DNA of 64,000 nt. Source: an uncultured Gammaproteobacteria bacterium. GTDB taxonomy: Bacteria > Pseudomonadota > Gammaproteobacteria > Xanthomonadales > Rhodanobacteraceae. Where the stretch lies: NCBI GenBank assembly GCA_963697555.1, contig CAVOOK010000006.1:17936-81935 (forward strand). Reading direction: 5' to 3'. A program made the translations under genes and the position numbers. Shown piece by piece: positions 1-11,852 of this stretch. Position 1 is the first letter of the stretch; each line of letters starts with the position of its first letter. The notes under the pieces are model-generated. The model was not told the origin of the DNA. It saw only the letters and a program-made list of their open reading frames with translations, and ran no database searches.

Positions 1-5
1 ATGAC

Positions 6-1077
6 GTGACTGCTGCCGGATTTTCCGCGGCTGCGCCGGATGCGGCGCTGGCCGCCCTGTTTGTGCCATTCGAATCATCCGCACTGCACCTGCCGGCCGA
101 TGGCCGGGTGTTGTTCCTGCGCGCGCGCGCCGGCGTGCGGCTGCGCGAAATGGCGCAGCCGGGCTGGTTGTGCGAGCAAAGCTTCATGCCGTTCGCCGAC
201 GAACTGGCGCGCAACGGTTTGCGTGTCGGCGAGCCGGCCGCCGGGGAAACGTTCCCGCTGGTTCTGGTGTTGCCGCCGCGCCAGCGCGACGAAGCGCGCG
301 CCTTGTTCGCCCGTGCCTTGCTGCACACGGCGCCGGGCGGAACGCTGCTGGTGGCGATGCCGAATGCCGAAGGCGCGAAGTCGGGCGAGGCGGATCTGTT
401 CAGGGCTGACGGGTGCCGTGCAACACGAGTCCAAGCACAAATGCCGGGTGTTCTGGAGCAGGCCTGACCCGGCAGGCATCGACCGGGCGCTGCTGGCCGA
501 ATGGCTCGCGCTGGACGCGCCACGCACCATCGTCGACGGCTACGTCAGCCGCCCGGGCCTGTTCGCGTGGGACCGTATCGACCGCGCATCGGCGCTGCTG
601 GCCGAACATCTGCCCGTCAACCTGCAGGGGCGCGTGGCGGACCTCGGCGCCTGCTATGGCTACCTCGCCAGCCAGGTCGTGGCGCGGTGCCATGGTGTGA
701 GTGCGATCGATCTTTACGAGGCCGAGGCACGCGCACTGGAACCTGCGCGGATCAATATGGCAAGGGCGCAACGTGAATCCGGCCGCGAGGTGGGGGTGGC
801 GGTGCACTGGCATGACGTCACGCGCGGACTGCCTCGGCGCTACGACGCCGTCGTCAGCAATCCGCCTTTCCACCAGGGTCGCGCCGACCTGCCGGAACTG
901 GGGCGCGCGTTCATCACGACCGCGGCCGAAGCGCTGCAGCCAAATGGCCGTCTATTCATTGTGGCCAACCGCCACCTGCCGTATGAGGCGATACTGACGG
1001 CACGTTTTCGCGACGTGCGCACACTGGTGACGCAGGAAGGATTCAAGGTGATCGAGGCGGTCGGAGTGAAGCAATGA
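6..1077 (+). CDS. RsmC/MTS-family class I SAM methyltransferase, split by one +1 frameshift near 403-405
   Basis: N-half in ORF 6..467 (…AKSGEADLFR) continues in ORF 40..1077 (LTGAVQHESKHKCRVFW…). Motifs SRPGLFAWDRID, DLGAcYGYL and VSNPPFH are present. Confidence 0.8.
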
Positions 1078-1778
1078 AACTGGTCAAGCTGATCGCGAAC
1101 CTGGGCTATGGCAGCCGCAAGGACGTGACGCAGTTGTTCCGTGCCGGGCGCATCACCGATGCCTCGGGCGAGGTGCTGTATGCCGACGACGTGGTGCCCT
1201 ACGAGACCATCCGCGTCGACGATGAACCGCTCGATCCGCCGCCTGGCCTGGTGCTGATGATGAACAAGCCGCTGGGCGTCACCTGTTCGCGCAAGGACCC
1301 TGGTCGTGTCGTCTACGACCTGCTGCCGCCGCGCTACAACGTGCGCTCGCCGGTGCTGTCCAGCGTCGGCCGGCTCGATCGCGATACCAGTGGCCTGCTG
1401 CTGTTCACCGATGACGGCGCGCTGCTGCACCGGATCATCTCGCCGAAGGCGCAGGTGGCCAAGGTCTACGAGGCTACGCTGGCGCAGGACCTGCGCGGCG
1501 ACGAGGGCGAGCTGTTCGCCAGCGGCACGCTGCTGCTGGAAACGGAGAAGGAACCGTTGTCACCCGCGGTGCTCGACGTGCTGGGGCCGCGGCACGCCCG
1601 GCTCACCGTCACCGAAGGCCGCTATCACCAGGTGCGCCGGATGTTCGCTGCCGTCGGCAATCACGTCGAAACCCTGCAACGGATCTCGGTCGGTGGGCTC
1701 GCGCTGGGCGAGTTGGCGCTGGGCGAGTGGCGTGCGCTCGGGGCTGATGAGATTGCATTGATTTTCGGCAACGCTTGA
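1074..1778 (+). CDS. rsuA: RsuA-family pseudouridine synthase
   Basis: S4-like N-terminus (LGYGSRKDV), GRLDRDTSGLLL catalytic motif, EGRYHQVRRM; ATGA overlap with the upstream gene. Confidence 0.85.
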   Translation: MKLVKLIANLGYGSRKDVTQLFRAGRITDASGEVLYADDVVPYETIRVDDEPLDPPPGLVLMMNKPLGVTCSRKDPGRVVYDLLPPRYNVRSPVLSSVGRLDRDTSGLLLFTDDGALLHRIISPKAQVAKVYEATLAQDLRGDEGELFASGTLLLETEKEPLSPAVLDVLGPRHARLTVTEGRYHQVRRMFAAVGNHVETLQRISVGGLALGELALGEWRALGADEIALIFGNA

Positions 1779-1807
1779 TCGTCACGTAGCATCAAAGGAG
1801 CACGGAG

Positions 1808-2284
1808 ATGCGTTACTTGCTTGGCGTTTGCATGAGCATCCTGATCTTCACGATGCAGACTTCCATCGCGAAAGAAAGCGCCGGCCAATGCCCAGTCCTC
1901 AGCTTTGAACGACGGCAAACCATTTCGCTGCAGGATTTGGCCCGGTTGGCCGATGAGAGAGCTACTACGGGGGGACCGGGCTCCATCGTGTTCAGGTACT
2001 TCGACGTGGAAGATCGCCCTGTACGCGAGGGAGCGCGCGCAGTAGGGCTGGTATTTGCGCGAATGGGGGACCTGGCCGAAACTCCCCTAGGCGGGTATCT
2101 GTGGACGACCGGCCCCATCGAGGCGGTACGCAAGCCTCTCCTCAATGGAGATCGCCGCATTGCATCCATGACGTTCACGACTGGCCAGAACCCAACTGGA
2201 TGTGGGCCGATGGCATTCACCTTTACGCTGCAACCGGATGGCCAATTTCATGCCGGTGGCGTGCCGGTCGGCAAGGTCAAATAG
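1808..2284 (+). CDS. hypothetical exported protein
   Basis: AAAGGAG/GGAG RBS, signal-peptide-like N-terminus, two Cys in the predicted mature part; no family recognised. Confidence 0.6.
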   Translation: MRYLLGVCMSILIFTMQTSIAKESAGQCPVLSFERRQTISLQDLARLADERATTGGPGSIVFRYFDVEDRPVREGARAVGLVFARMGDLAETPLGGYLWTTGPIEAVRKPLLNGDRRIASMTFTTGQNPTGCGPMAFTFTLQPDGQFHAGGVPVGKVK

Positions 2285-2292
2285 ACGGCCGA

Positions 2293-2625
2293 CTACAGCA
2301 AGTGCACCGCCGTCGGAATCGTCGCGCCGAACCATTTGTGCCGTTCGTCGCGGCAGCTCGGGCTGCCCATCGCGTATTTGCGGCAGATGGTGGGACGATC
2401 CTCGTAGATGGTGCAGCCGGAGGTGTTCGGGTTGACCGCGGCGCACCAGCCGTCCTCGCCCTTGGCCAGGATTTCCAGGCCGTGTTCATCGTGGTCGACC
2501 AGCCAGGCGGGCACGTGGTCTTCGGGCATCAGCACCACGGTAAGGCGACAGCAGACGGCTTCACAGGTGGTGCAATGCACGCCGGGATCGATGCTTTCGG
2601 CATAAGGGTCGGGGAGATTTTTCAC
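2293..2625 (-). CDS. YkgJ-family cysteine-cluster (CxxCxxCC) protein
   Basis: CTTCEAVCC, CTIYEDRPTICRKY motifs. Confidence 0.85.
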   Translation of the reverse strand: MKNLPDPYAESIDPGVHCTTCEAVCCRLTVVLMPEDHVPAWLVDHDEHGLEILAKGEDGWCAAVNPNTSGCTIYEDRPTICRKYAMGSPSCRDERHKWFGATIPTAVHLL

Positions 2626-2673
2626 TCGTCAGCATGACAGCTTCGCCCGTTGCGGGTGTGAACCATCCGTTGT

Positions 2674-3267
2674 TCAGTCGTTGCGATCGCGCCACAGTGC
2701 TTGCCAGCCATCGATGCCGAGGCGCTGCAGCGTTTCGATATTGCGTCGATAGATGCTGTCGGTGTCGCTCATCGCATCCATGGCGCGCTCGATGCTCGAT
2801 TCGCGCAGCAGATGCAGTGTGGGATAAGGCGAACGATTGCTGAAATTCTCGATCGCGTCCGCGGAGCTGTCGGCGAACTGGTAATCGGGATGGAAGCTGG
2901 CCACCTGCCACTCGCCCTCCAGGCCCAGCGTCTGCACGGCCGCATCGGCGACATCGAGAAAATCGTTGTAGTCGAGAAAGTCGGTGAGCACGAAAGGGTG
3001 GATCAACAAGCCGGTTTCGCATTCGTCCGGCGTGAGCGCGTTGAGCGATTGCAGCTCGCCGCAGAGGTCGTCCAGCAACGTTTCGGTGTCGCGTGCCTGG
3101 CTGACTCGCAGGCGCAACTTGCCCTGCACATGCGGTGCACGGGCAAAGGGGCACAGGTTGAGCCCGATCACCGCGCGCTCCAGCCAGCGGGTAGTGGCGA
3201 TGATGTAAGGCGCATCCTCGGGCAGGGCATCGGCGTTGAGGCCGGAGGGCGACGGTGGATTGTTCAT
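2674..3267 (-). CDS. DUF1415 family protein
   Basis: WLERAVIGLNLCPFA, QVASFHPDYQF, NRSPYPTLHLLRE; start placed at MNNPPSP. Confidence 0.85.
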   Translation of the reverse strand: MNNPPSPSGLNADALPEDAPYIIATTRWLERAVIGLNLCPFARAPHVQGKLRLRVSQARDTETLLDDLCGELQSLNALTPDECETGLLIHPFVLTDFLDYNDFLDVADAAVQTLGLEGEWQVASFHPDYQFADSSADAIENFSNRSPYPTLHLLRESSIERAMDAMSDTDSIYRRNIETLQRLGIDGWQALWRDRND

Positions 3268-3666
3268 GCGCTTCTCGCGAGCAAGTCGGCGCCGACTATA
3301 GCGGTAGGGGAGGTGGCTCGTATCCTGCGCAAATTTTCTGCCGGGCCGTGCCTGCTTCCGCGCGCTCGCAGGAATGTGCAACGCAAAACTGCTCTAATGG
3401 CGCCCCGACGTGGCCGTGGCGTCTGTCGCAGCAAGGCTTCTGACCAGGATGCACCCGTGGATGGCTTGACCTCAGCGACCGCAGGCGCCTCGCACGGCGA
3501 GAGTCACGAGCATCCCCTGCCGGGTGATCTGCCGGCCACATCCCGGGTAGCGATCGCGTCGCCCGCGTGCCGGTCGGCTCCCGCCAAACGCGTCCGCACG
3601 CGACTTGGCCCGCCCTCCGAGGCGTTCCCCGGAACACACACGGGCGAGCCTTCGTTCGGCGACGCC

Positions 3667-4794
3667 ATGGGTGGGCGAGGCCCGCGCGTGGAATCGGCTC
3701 GCGTGCATCTGATGGCGCCGGCGCGCTGGAGATCCGCCAGCACCTCGATCGGCCGAATCGATGGACCTGTGCAGATGCCGGCACCTGCGCAGTGGATGCG
3801 TTCGCGGGTTGTGGCCCATCCACGGAGCCCGGTCGTGCGGTCGCCGTCAGGACCAGGCTGGCTGTTGCCGCCCGCGTGGCCACTGGACCGATGGCATGTG
3901 ACCGTCGTGGCCGGTTTTCGCCGGCTCGCCAGTGCGCGGATCGCGCCGTGGGCACGCAAGCGGACGGTGGCCTGGTTGGCACAGGCGAGTGCATACAGGC
4001 AAAGGTTCGCGGCAGGCGTCGCCTTCGGTGCCGTCGCCGGCGCCACGCTTTTGTTGCTGCGCATGAGCGTGCAGCATCGGGAGATGCCGGCGCTCCCCGC
4101 CAGAATGCCGGTTGCCGCACCGGCAAGGCATGTGGTTGCCGCGCATCCCACGTCCACGGCTCCCGTGCCGGTCGCTGCCGTGCCTGCGCCGGTCATCGAA
4201 CCGGCAGCCTCGTCGACCGCGCGTCCCCGACCGTTCGGCGCCGACCGCAGCCTGTTGTCCGATGTCAGCACGATGGATCTGATGTTGCCGATCGATGAGC
4301 CCGATCTGGACATCGCCTCCCGGCAGAGCCTGTGGTCGGAGGTCGGCAAGGCTTCCGGCGTCGATCCACTGCTGCTGTACAGCGTTGCCCTGGTGGAATC
4401 GAAAGCGCTCTACCCGGACGGCAGGGTCGCGCCAACGCCGTGGCTGTTCCGCGTCAACGACCATCTGGTGCGCGGCGACCGGCATGACGTGCAGATGGCG
4501 ATGGCGGCCGCGAGCCAGTTCGGTTCGGGCGTGCAGGACGTGGGCATCATGCAGGTCTACTACCCGATGCATCGGGACGCCGTGCGCGATCCGCTGACCC
4601 TGCTGAATCCGCGCACCAACATCACCGTGGCCGCGAAGATCCTGCGCGATGGGATGCACGAGACCAGCGACCGGGTGCTTGGCGTGGGCTACTACCACAG
4701 CCACACGCCGACCCTGGCCAGGGATTACGGCACCGCCGTGATGACCGTCTATCAGCGGTTGAAAGCACTGCATCGCAAGCCCGGCCGCGGATAG
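3667..4794 (+). CDS. SLT lytic transglycosylase domain protein with one TM anchor and Pro/Ala linker (start uncertain)
   Basis: C-terminal GVDPLLLYSVALVES (catalytic Glu), DVGIMQV, NITVAAKIL, GYYHS; hydrophobic segment FAAGVAFGAVAGATLLLL. Confidence 0.7.
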   Translation: MGGRGPRVESARVHLMAPARWRSASTSIGRIDGPVQMPAPAQWMRSRVVAHPRSPVVRSPSGPGWLLPPAWPLDRWHVTVVAGFRRLASARIAPWARKRTVAWLAQASAYRQRFAAGVAFGAVAGATLLLLRMSVQHREMPALPARMPVAAPARHVVAAHPTSTAPVPVAAVPAPVIEPAASSTARPRPFGADRSLLSDVSTMDLMLPIDEPDLDIASRQSLWSEVGKASGVDPLLLYSVALVESKALYPDGRVAPTPWLFRVNDHLVRGDRHDVQMAMAAASQFGSGVQDVGIMQVYYPMHRDAVRDPLTLLNPRTNITVAAKILRDGMHETSDRVLGVGYYHSHTPTLARDYGTAVMTVYQRLKALHRKPGRG

Positions 4795-4917
4795 GCTCGG
4801 CACCCTGAATGCCTGGCGCGCCGTCGTTCCACAATCCTCCCGGATTGCAGGCCTCACCTTGCATGGGGCCGCTGGCGCCCGGATATAAGTTGCAACGTTT
4901 CGACAGGCGCGATCCCG

Positions 4918-6491
<1,574 letters not shown>

Positions 6492-6501
6492 GTCCGAAGA
6501 C

Positions 6502-6527
6502 ACAAGGGCCGGCATGGCCGGCCTTGT
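6502..6527. terminator. hairpin between convergent selO and tRNA-Arg
   Basis: ACAAG-g-GCCGGC-atg-GCCGGC-CTTGT inverted repeat. Confidence 0.55.
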
Positions 6528-6533
6528 CGAAGT

Positions 6534-6610
<77 letters not shown>

Positions 6611-6779
6611 AGCAGCGTGGAAGAATACCGGGGACATGGCGAAAGCGAAACTGACGGTCCGCGCATGGAACGGCGTTTTGGTGCCACTGGGTCGGCAACA
6701 TCACATTTTCGTCAGAGGCCGCGACGTACCGTCGGACCGGTGCCCGGCCTAGCTGGACGTTCTATCGACGGAGACGATC

Positions 6780-6953
6780 ATGCCCAATCCACAGCCACCC
6801 GAAGAGCGCAAGCATGGCAGCGGCGATCGCAATGAGAACGATGTCGCCGGACTGGACAGGAAACTCCAGACGCGCCGCGACGAGAAGAAGGAAAAAGGTT
6901 CGCAGGAAGTGGAGCGCCAGTCGCACAAGGACATGGGCATCGAACACCCCTGA
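6780..6953 (+). CDS. 57-aa hydrophilic small protein
   Basis: GGAG RBS upstream of [60 protein letters not shown]; absent from the ORF track. Confidence 0.6.
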   Translation: MPNPQPPEERKHGSGDRNENDVAGLDRKLQTRRDEKKEKGSQEVERQSHKDMGIEHP

Positions 6954-7023
6954 ACTCGGCACGATGGCGCTGCCGATGGCACGCCACGCGGTCGTCCGTT
7001 TTCCACCGTAGCGAGAGCGCACC

Positions 7024-7173
7024 ATGAAAGAGCGCAAACCGGAGTCGCCAGGTACCAGTGGGTATCCCGAAGAGCAGCCCAAGCGCAACGACAAGAAAGA
7101 CATGCCTGACGCGCAAACACCCCACGAACATCAGAACAATCCGTCGCAGAAGCCGAAACCTTCGGGGCATTGA
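7024..7173 (+). CDS. 49-aa hydrophilic small protein
   Basis: GAGAG upstream; MKERKPESPGTSGYPEEQPKRNDKKDMPDAQTPHEHQNNPSQKPKPSGH; absent from the ORF track. Confidence 0.55.
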   Translation: MKERKPESPGTSGYPEEQPKRNDKKDMPDAQTPHEHQNNPSQKPKPSGH

Positions 7174-7329
7174 GCGCAGCCATGGCGTGACGCTGCGCCA
7201 CCCTCGCGAGCGCGGAACGATCGACGGGCGGACATCACAGGGCAAGCAGGCTTTCGCCGCCTGCTAGAATGGGCAATTCCCAGCTTTCATTCACGGCGCC
7301 GGAAGGCGCCGCATGTCCAGGAGACCTCC

Positions 7330-8865
7330 ATGTCCCACGCAATCCTCAGCGCGCTCGGCCTCGACGGCGAGCAGTCCGGCACGTACCTCGGCCAGGGCGA
7401 GTGGTCCAAGACCGCGGACGCCGGCGCGTTGCAGCCGGTGAACCCGGCTACCGGCGAGGTGCTCGGCACGGTGCATGCGTCCAGCGCCGCCGATTACGAA
7501 GTGATCGTCCAGCGCGCGCAGGCCGCGTTCAAGGTGTGGCGCACGACGCCCGCGCCGCAGCGCGGCGAAGCGGTGCGCCTGTGCGGCGAAGCGCTGCGCA
7601 AGCACAAGGACGCGCTGGGTTCGCTGGTCGCGCTGGAGATGGGCAAGATCAAGCCCGAGGGCGACGGCGAAGTGCAGGAGATGATCGACATCGCCGACTT
7701 CGCGGTGGGCCAGAGCCGCATGATGTACGGCGCCACCATGCACTCGGAGCGCCCGGGCCATCGCATGTACGACCAGTACCATCCGCTCGGCCTGGTCGGC
7801 ATCATCAGCGCGTTCAACTTCCCGGTCGCGGTGTGGGCATGGAACGCCATTCTCGCCACCATTGCCGGCGACATCTGCATCTGGAAGCCGTCGCCGAAGA
7901 CGCCGCTGTCGGCGATCGCCACCATCCGCATCTGCAACGAGGCGCTGAAGGCCGGCGGTTTCCCCGACCTGTTCTTCCTGTTCAACGACGCCGGCACCGA
8001 CCTGTCGCAGGGCTTCGTCGACGACAAGCGCATCCCGCTGATCAGCTTCACCGGCTCGACCAAGGTCGGCCGCATGGTCGGCGAGCGCGTGGCGCAGCGC
8101 ATGGGCCGCTCGCTGCTGGAGCTGGGCGGCAACAACGCGATCATCCTCGACGAAAGCGCCGACCTGAAGCTGGCGATCCCGGGCATCGTGTTCGGCGCGG
8201 TCGGCACCGCCGGCCAGCGCTGCACCACCACGCGCCGGCTGTTCGTGCACGAGTCGATCTACGACAACGTGCTCGACACGCTGGTCAAGGCGTACAAGCA
8301 GGTCGAGGGCAAGATCGGCGATCCGAACCTGTCCACCACGCTGATGGGTCCGCTCAACAGCTCCGAAGCGGTGCAGGGTTATCTTGCCGCGGTCGAGAAG
8401 GCCAAGGCCGCGGGCGGCACCATCGCCACTGGCGGCGCAGCGCTGACCGATCGCAAGGGCAACTTCGTGCTGCCGACGATCGTCACCGGCATCGCGAACT
8501 CGCATGAGGTCGTGCAGACCGAAACCTTCGCGCCGATCCTCTACGTGATGCCGTTCAAGACGCTGGACGAAGCCATCGACATGCAGAACGACGTGCCGCA
8601 GGGCCTGTCCTCGTCGATCTTCACCAACAACCTGCGCGCGGCCGAGCAGTTCCTGTCGGCGGCCGGTTCGGATTGCGGCATCGCCAACGTCAACATCGGT
8701 ACGTCCGGTGCGGAGATCGGCGGCGCGTTCGGCGGCGAGAAGGAAACCGGCGGCGGTCGCGAATCGGGCTCCGATGCATGGAAGGTCTACATGCGCCGCC
8801 AGACCAACACGATCAATTACTCCGATGCGCTGCCGCTGGCCCAGGGCATCAAGTTCACGGTGTAA
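7330..8865 (+). CDS. ALDH7-type aldehyde dehydrogenase (piperideine-6-carboxylate/aminoadipate-semialdehyde dehydrogenase-like)
   Basis: [47 protein letters not shown]. Confidence 0.9.
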   Translation: MSHAILSALGLDGEQSGTYLGQGEWSKTADAGALQPVNPATGEVLGTVHASSAADYEVIVQRAQAAFKVWRTTPAPQRGEAVRLCGEALRKHKDALGSLVALEMGKIKPEGDGEVQEMIDIADFAVGQSRMMYGATMHSERPGHRMYDQYHPLGLVGIISAFNFPVAVWAWNAILATIAGDICIWKPSPKTPLSAIATIRICNEALKAGGFPDLFFLFNDAGTDLSQGFVDDKRIPLISFTGSTKVGRMVGERVAQRMGRSLLELGGNNAIILDESADLKLAIPGIVFGAVGTAGQRCTTTRRLFVHESIYDNVLDTLVKAYKQVEGKIGDPNLSTTLMGPLNSSEAVQGYLAAVEKAKAAGGTIATGGAALTDRKGNFVLPTIVTGIANSHEVVQTETFAPILYVMPFKTLDEAIDMQNDVPQGLSSSIFTNNLRAAEQFLSAAGSDCGIANVNIGTSGAEIGGAFGGEKETGGGRESGSDAWKVYMRRQTNTINYSDALPLAQGIKFTV

Positions 8866-8954
8866 TCGCTGAAGCCGATCGGGTGCGGTTCGCCGCCCCG
8901 ACCGGTGACGATGCATGACGGCGCTGTCCCTTCTCCTTTCCGAGTGAGCGACCG

Positions 8955-9257
8955 ATGAGCTATCAACCTTCCTATCGAGCGGGCACCGGCACCAGTTCGC
9001 TGGCAGTGGTGAGCCTGGTCTTCGGCATTCTGACCTGGTGCGTGCTGCCGTTCATCGGGGCCATCGTGGCGATCATCTGCGGCCACCTGGCGCGCGGCGA
9101 GATCCGCCGCAGCCCGGTTGACGCGCGCATCGAAGGCGACGGCATGGCCGTGGCCGGGCTGGTCCTCGGCTACGTGCATTTGGTGCTCTGCGTGCTGGCG
9201 GTGTTTGTGATCATCGCCGCGTTGATTTTCGGGTTCGCCTTTTCGAACTGGCATTGA
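8955..9257 (+). CDS. DUF4190 membrane protein
   Basis: LAVVSLVFGIL…ICGHLARGEIRR…GMAVAGLVLGY. Confidence 0.8.
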   Translation: MSYQPSYRAGTGTSSLAVVSLVFGILTWCVLPFIGAIVAIICGHLARGEIRRSPVDARIEGDGMAVAGLVLGYVHLVLCVLAVFVIIAALIFGFAFSNWH

Positions 9258-10021
9258 TGCCGCGCGCGCCTTTCGATTTCCATGGCTATCGCGTCGTCGT
9301 CGCGGGCGGCAGTCGCGGCATCGGCCGCAGCATCGCCTTGGGCTTCGCCGAGGCCGGCGCGGCCGTATCCATCTGCGCGCGTGGCGCGGAAGCGCTGGAG
9401 GAAGCGCGCCAGGCAATCGCCTTTTACGGCACGCTGGTGCACGCGCAACGCTGCGACCTGGCCGATCCGGCGGCCATCGCAGCCTACGTGGACAACGCAG
9501 CCAACGCGCTCGGCGGCATCGACGTACTGGTCAACAATGCCAGCGGCTACGGCTTCGCCGATGACGACGATGGCTGGGTCGCCGGTTTCAACGTCGACCT
9601 GATGGCCGCCGTGCGCGCCTCGCGGGCGGCCCTGCCGCATCTCAAGGCGTCGCCGCAGCCGTGCATCCTGCATACAAGCTCGATCGCGGCGTTCCGTCCG
9701 CGCGCCAGCGGTGCGCCGTATGCCGCGGTGAAGGCGGCGCTGAGCCAGTACACCACTTCGCAGGCGCTGGCGCTGGCCGAACACCGCGTCCGCGTCAACG
9801 CGATCGCGCCGGGTTCGATCGCCTTTGCCGACGGCCTGTGGGAACGCCGCAAGCTCGAACAGCCGTCGCTCTACGAGGCCACGCTGGCGAGAATCCCGTT
9901 CGGCCGTTTCGGCAAGCCGGAGGAAATCGCGTACGCCGCGTTGTTCCTCGCTTCGCCATTCGCCGGCTGGATCACCGGGCAAACCCTGGTGGTCGATGGC
10001 GGCCAGATGCTCAATGGCTGA
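9257..10021 (+). CDS. SDR family oxidoreductase
   Basis: GGSRGIG, LVNNA, YAAVK, VNAIAPG, VDGG. Confidence 0.9.
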   Translation: MPRAPFDFHGYRVVVAGGSRGIGRSIALGFAEAGAAVSICARGAEALEEARQAIAFYGTLVHAQRCDLADPAAIAAYVDNAANALGGIDVLVNNASGYGFADDDDGWVAGFNVDLMAAVRASRAALPHLKASPQPCILHTSSIAAFRPRASGAPYAAVKAALSQYTTSQALALAEHRVRVNAIAPGSIAFADGLWERRKLEQPSLYEATLARIPFGRFGKPEEIAYAALFLASPFAGWITGQTLVVDGGQMLNG

Positions 10022-10043
10022 TACGTCCCGCGAGGTTAACCAC

Positions 10044-10811
10044 ATGAAGGGGCTGCATGCCACCGCGCGCTTCAGCGACCGCGTCGACGACTACGTGCGC
10101 TACCGGCCCGATTATCCACCGGCCCTGCTCGACTGGCTGCAGCGCGAGCAGGGTGTCGATGCCAGCTGGCGGGTAGCTGACGTGGGAGCCGGCACCGGCA
10201 TCTCGTCGAAGATGTTCCTCGATGCCGGCTATCGCGTCACGGCGGTGGAACCGAATGCCCCGATGCGCGCCGCCGCGGAAGGCTGGCTGCGAACGTACGA
10301 GAAATTCGACGCGGTCGACGGTCGCGCCGACGCGACCGGTTTGCCCGATGCCAGCGTCGATCTCGTCACGGTGGCGCAGGCATTTCACTGGTTCGACGAG
10401 GTAGCGACCCGTCGCGAGTTCGCCCGCATCCTGCGGCCGCACGGGCTGGTGGCGATCTGGTGGAATTCACGACGGCTCACCGGCACGCGTTTCCTGGAAG
10501 GCTATGAAGCGCTGCTGCAGGAGTTCGGCACCGATTACACCAGCGTGGCCGAACGCTACGCCGACGATGCACGAATGCGCGACTGGTTCGGCAGCGGCTT
10601 TCGCGGCAGCGCCCGTTTCGAACACGCCCAGCAGCTGGATTTCGAGGCGCTGCGCGGACGCCTGATGTCGTCGTCGTATGCGCCGCAGACGGGCCATCCG
10701 CAACACGAGCCGATGCTGCGCGCGTTGCGCGAACTTTTCGACGCCTGCGCCGTGGACGGCAGGATAAGCTTCGACTACGACACCCGCATCTTTGCGGGCC
10801 AACCGGCCTGA
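10044..10811 (+). CDS. class I SAM-dependent methyltransferase
   Basis: RFSDRVDDYVRYRPDYP, DVGAGTG, AQAFHWFD; GAGG RBS. Confidence 0.85.
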   Translation: MKGLHATARFSDRVDDYVRYRPDYPPALLDWLQREQGVDASWRVADVGAGTGISSKMFLDAGYRVTAVEPNAPMRAAAEGWLRTYEKFDAVDGRADATGLPDASVDLVTVAQAFHWFDEVATRREFARILRPHGLVAIWWNSRRLTGTRFLEGYEALLQEFGTDYTSVAERYADDARMRDWFGSGFRGSARFEHAQQLDFEALRGRLMSSSYAPQTGHPQHEPMLRALRELFDACAVDGRISFDYDTRIFAGQPA

Positions 10812-10814
10812 TCC

Positions 10815-11852
10815 ATGTACGACCTCCTGCGCCCGCTGCTGTTCAAGCTCGATCCCGAGACCGCACACCGTCTGACCCTGTACGGACTCGGCGTGGCCCA
10901 GCGCAGCAACTTTGCGCAGTGGATCGCCAGGCCGCCGACGGATCTCCCGACCACGGTATTCGGCATCACGTTTCCGAATCCGGTCGGTCTTGCCGCCGGG
11001 CTGGACAAGAACGCCGAACACCTCGATGCGCTGGACGCGCTCGGCTTCGGCTTCATCGAAGTCGGCACGGTGACGCCGCTGCCGCAGCCGGGCAACGACA
11101 AGCCGCGCATGTTCCGTTTGCCGCAGCACGAGGCGATCATCAACCGGCTCGGCTTCAACAACGGCGGCGTCGATGCGCTGGTGCGCAACGTGCGGCGGTC
11201 CGGCTACCACGGCGTGCTCGGCATCAATATCGGCAAAAACAAGGACACGCCGAACGAGAAGGCGGTCAACGACTACCTGACCTGCCTGCACAAGGTGTAC
11301 GAACACGCCAGCTACGTCACGGTGAACATTTCGTCGCCCAACACGCAGGGCCTGCGCGACCTGCAGCAGGAAGCCATGCTGTACAAGTTCATCTCGCTGT
11401 TGCGCGCGGCGCAGGAACGGCTGGGCTCGCAGCAGGGGCGGCGCAAGCCGATGCTGCTGAAGATCGCTCCCGATCTTACCGAAGGCGAGCTCGACGCCAT
11501 CGCCGAGGTGTTGCTGCGCACCGGCATCGACGGGGTGATCTGCAGCAACACCACGATCGACCATGCATCGGTGGCCGACGACCCTCATGGCGGCGAAACC
11601 GGCGGGCTGTCCGGCAAGCCGTTGTTCCAGCGCTCCACCGCGGTGCTGGTCGGCATGCACCGGCGACTGCAGGGGCGCATTCCATTGATCGGCGTCGGCG
11701 GCATCCTCGACGGCAGCGATGCCGCCGAGAAGATCGGCGCGGGCGCGTCGCTGGTGCAGGTCTATTCGGGACTGATCTATCGCGGACCGCATCTGATCGG
11801 AGAATGCGTCAACGAAATACGTCGCCAACGCGAGCACGTCCATGCACTTTGA
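10815..11852 (+). CDS. pyrD: dihydroorotate dehydrogenase (quinone)
   Basis: GLAAGLDKN, NRLGFNN, NISSPNT, KIAPDL, GGLSG. Confidence 0.97.
   Translation: MYDLLRPLLFKLDPETAHRLTLYGLGVAQRSNFAQWIARPPTDLPTTVFGITFPNPVGLAAGLDKNAEHLDALDALGFGFIEVGTVTPLPQPGNDKPRMFRLPQHEAIINRLGFNNGGVDALVRNVRRSGYHGVLGINIGKNKDTPNEKAVNDYLTCLHKVYEHASYVTVNISSPNTQGLRDLQQEAMLYKFISLLRAAQERLGSQQGRRKPMLLKIAPDLTEGELDAIAEVLLRTGIDGVICSNTTIDHASVADDPHGGETGGLSGKPLFQRSTAVLVGMHRRLQGRIPLIGVGGILDGSDAAEKIGAGASLVQVYSGLIYRGPHLIGECVNEIRRQREHVHAL

Noticed and set aside
2701..3666. N-terminal half of the 697-aa ORF 2701..4794
   Set aside because: It overlaps the DUF1415 gene in antisense; an open frame is expected by chance in high-GC DNA.
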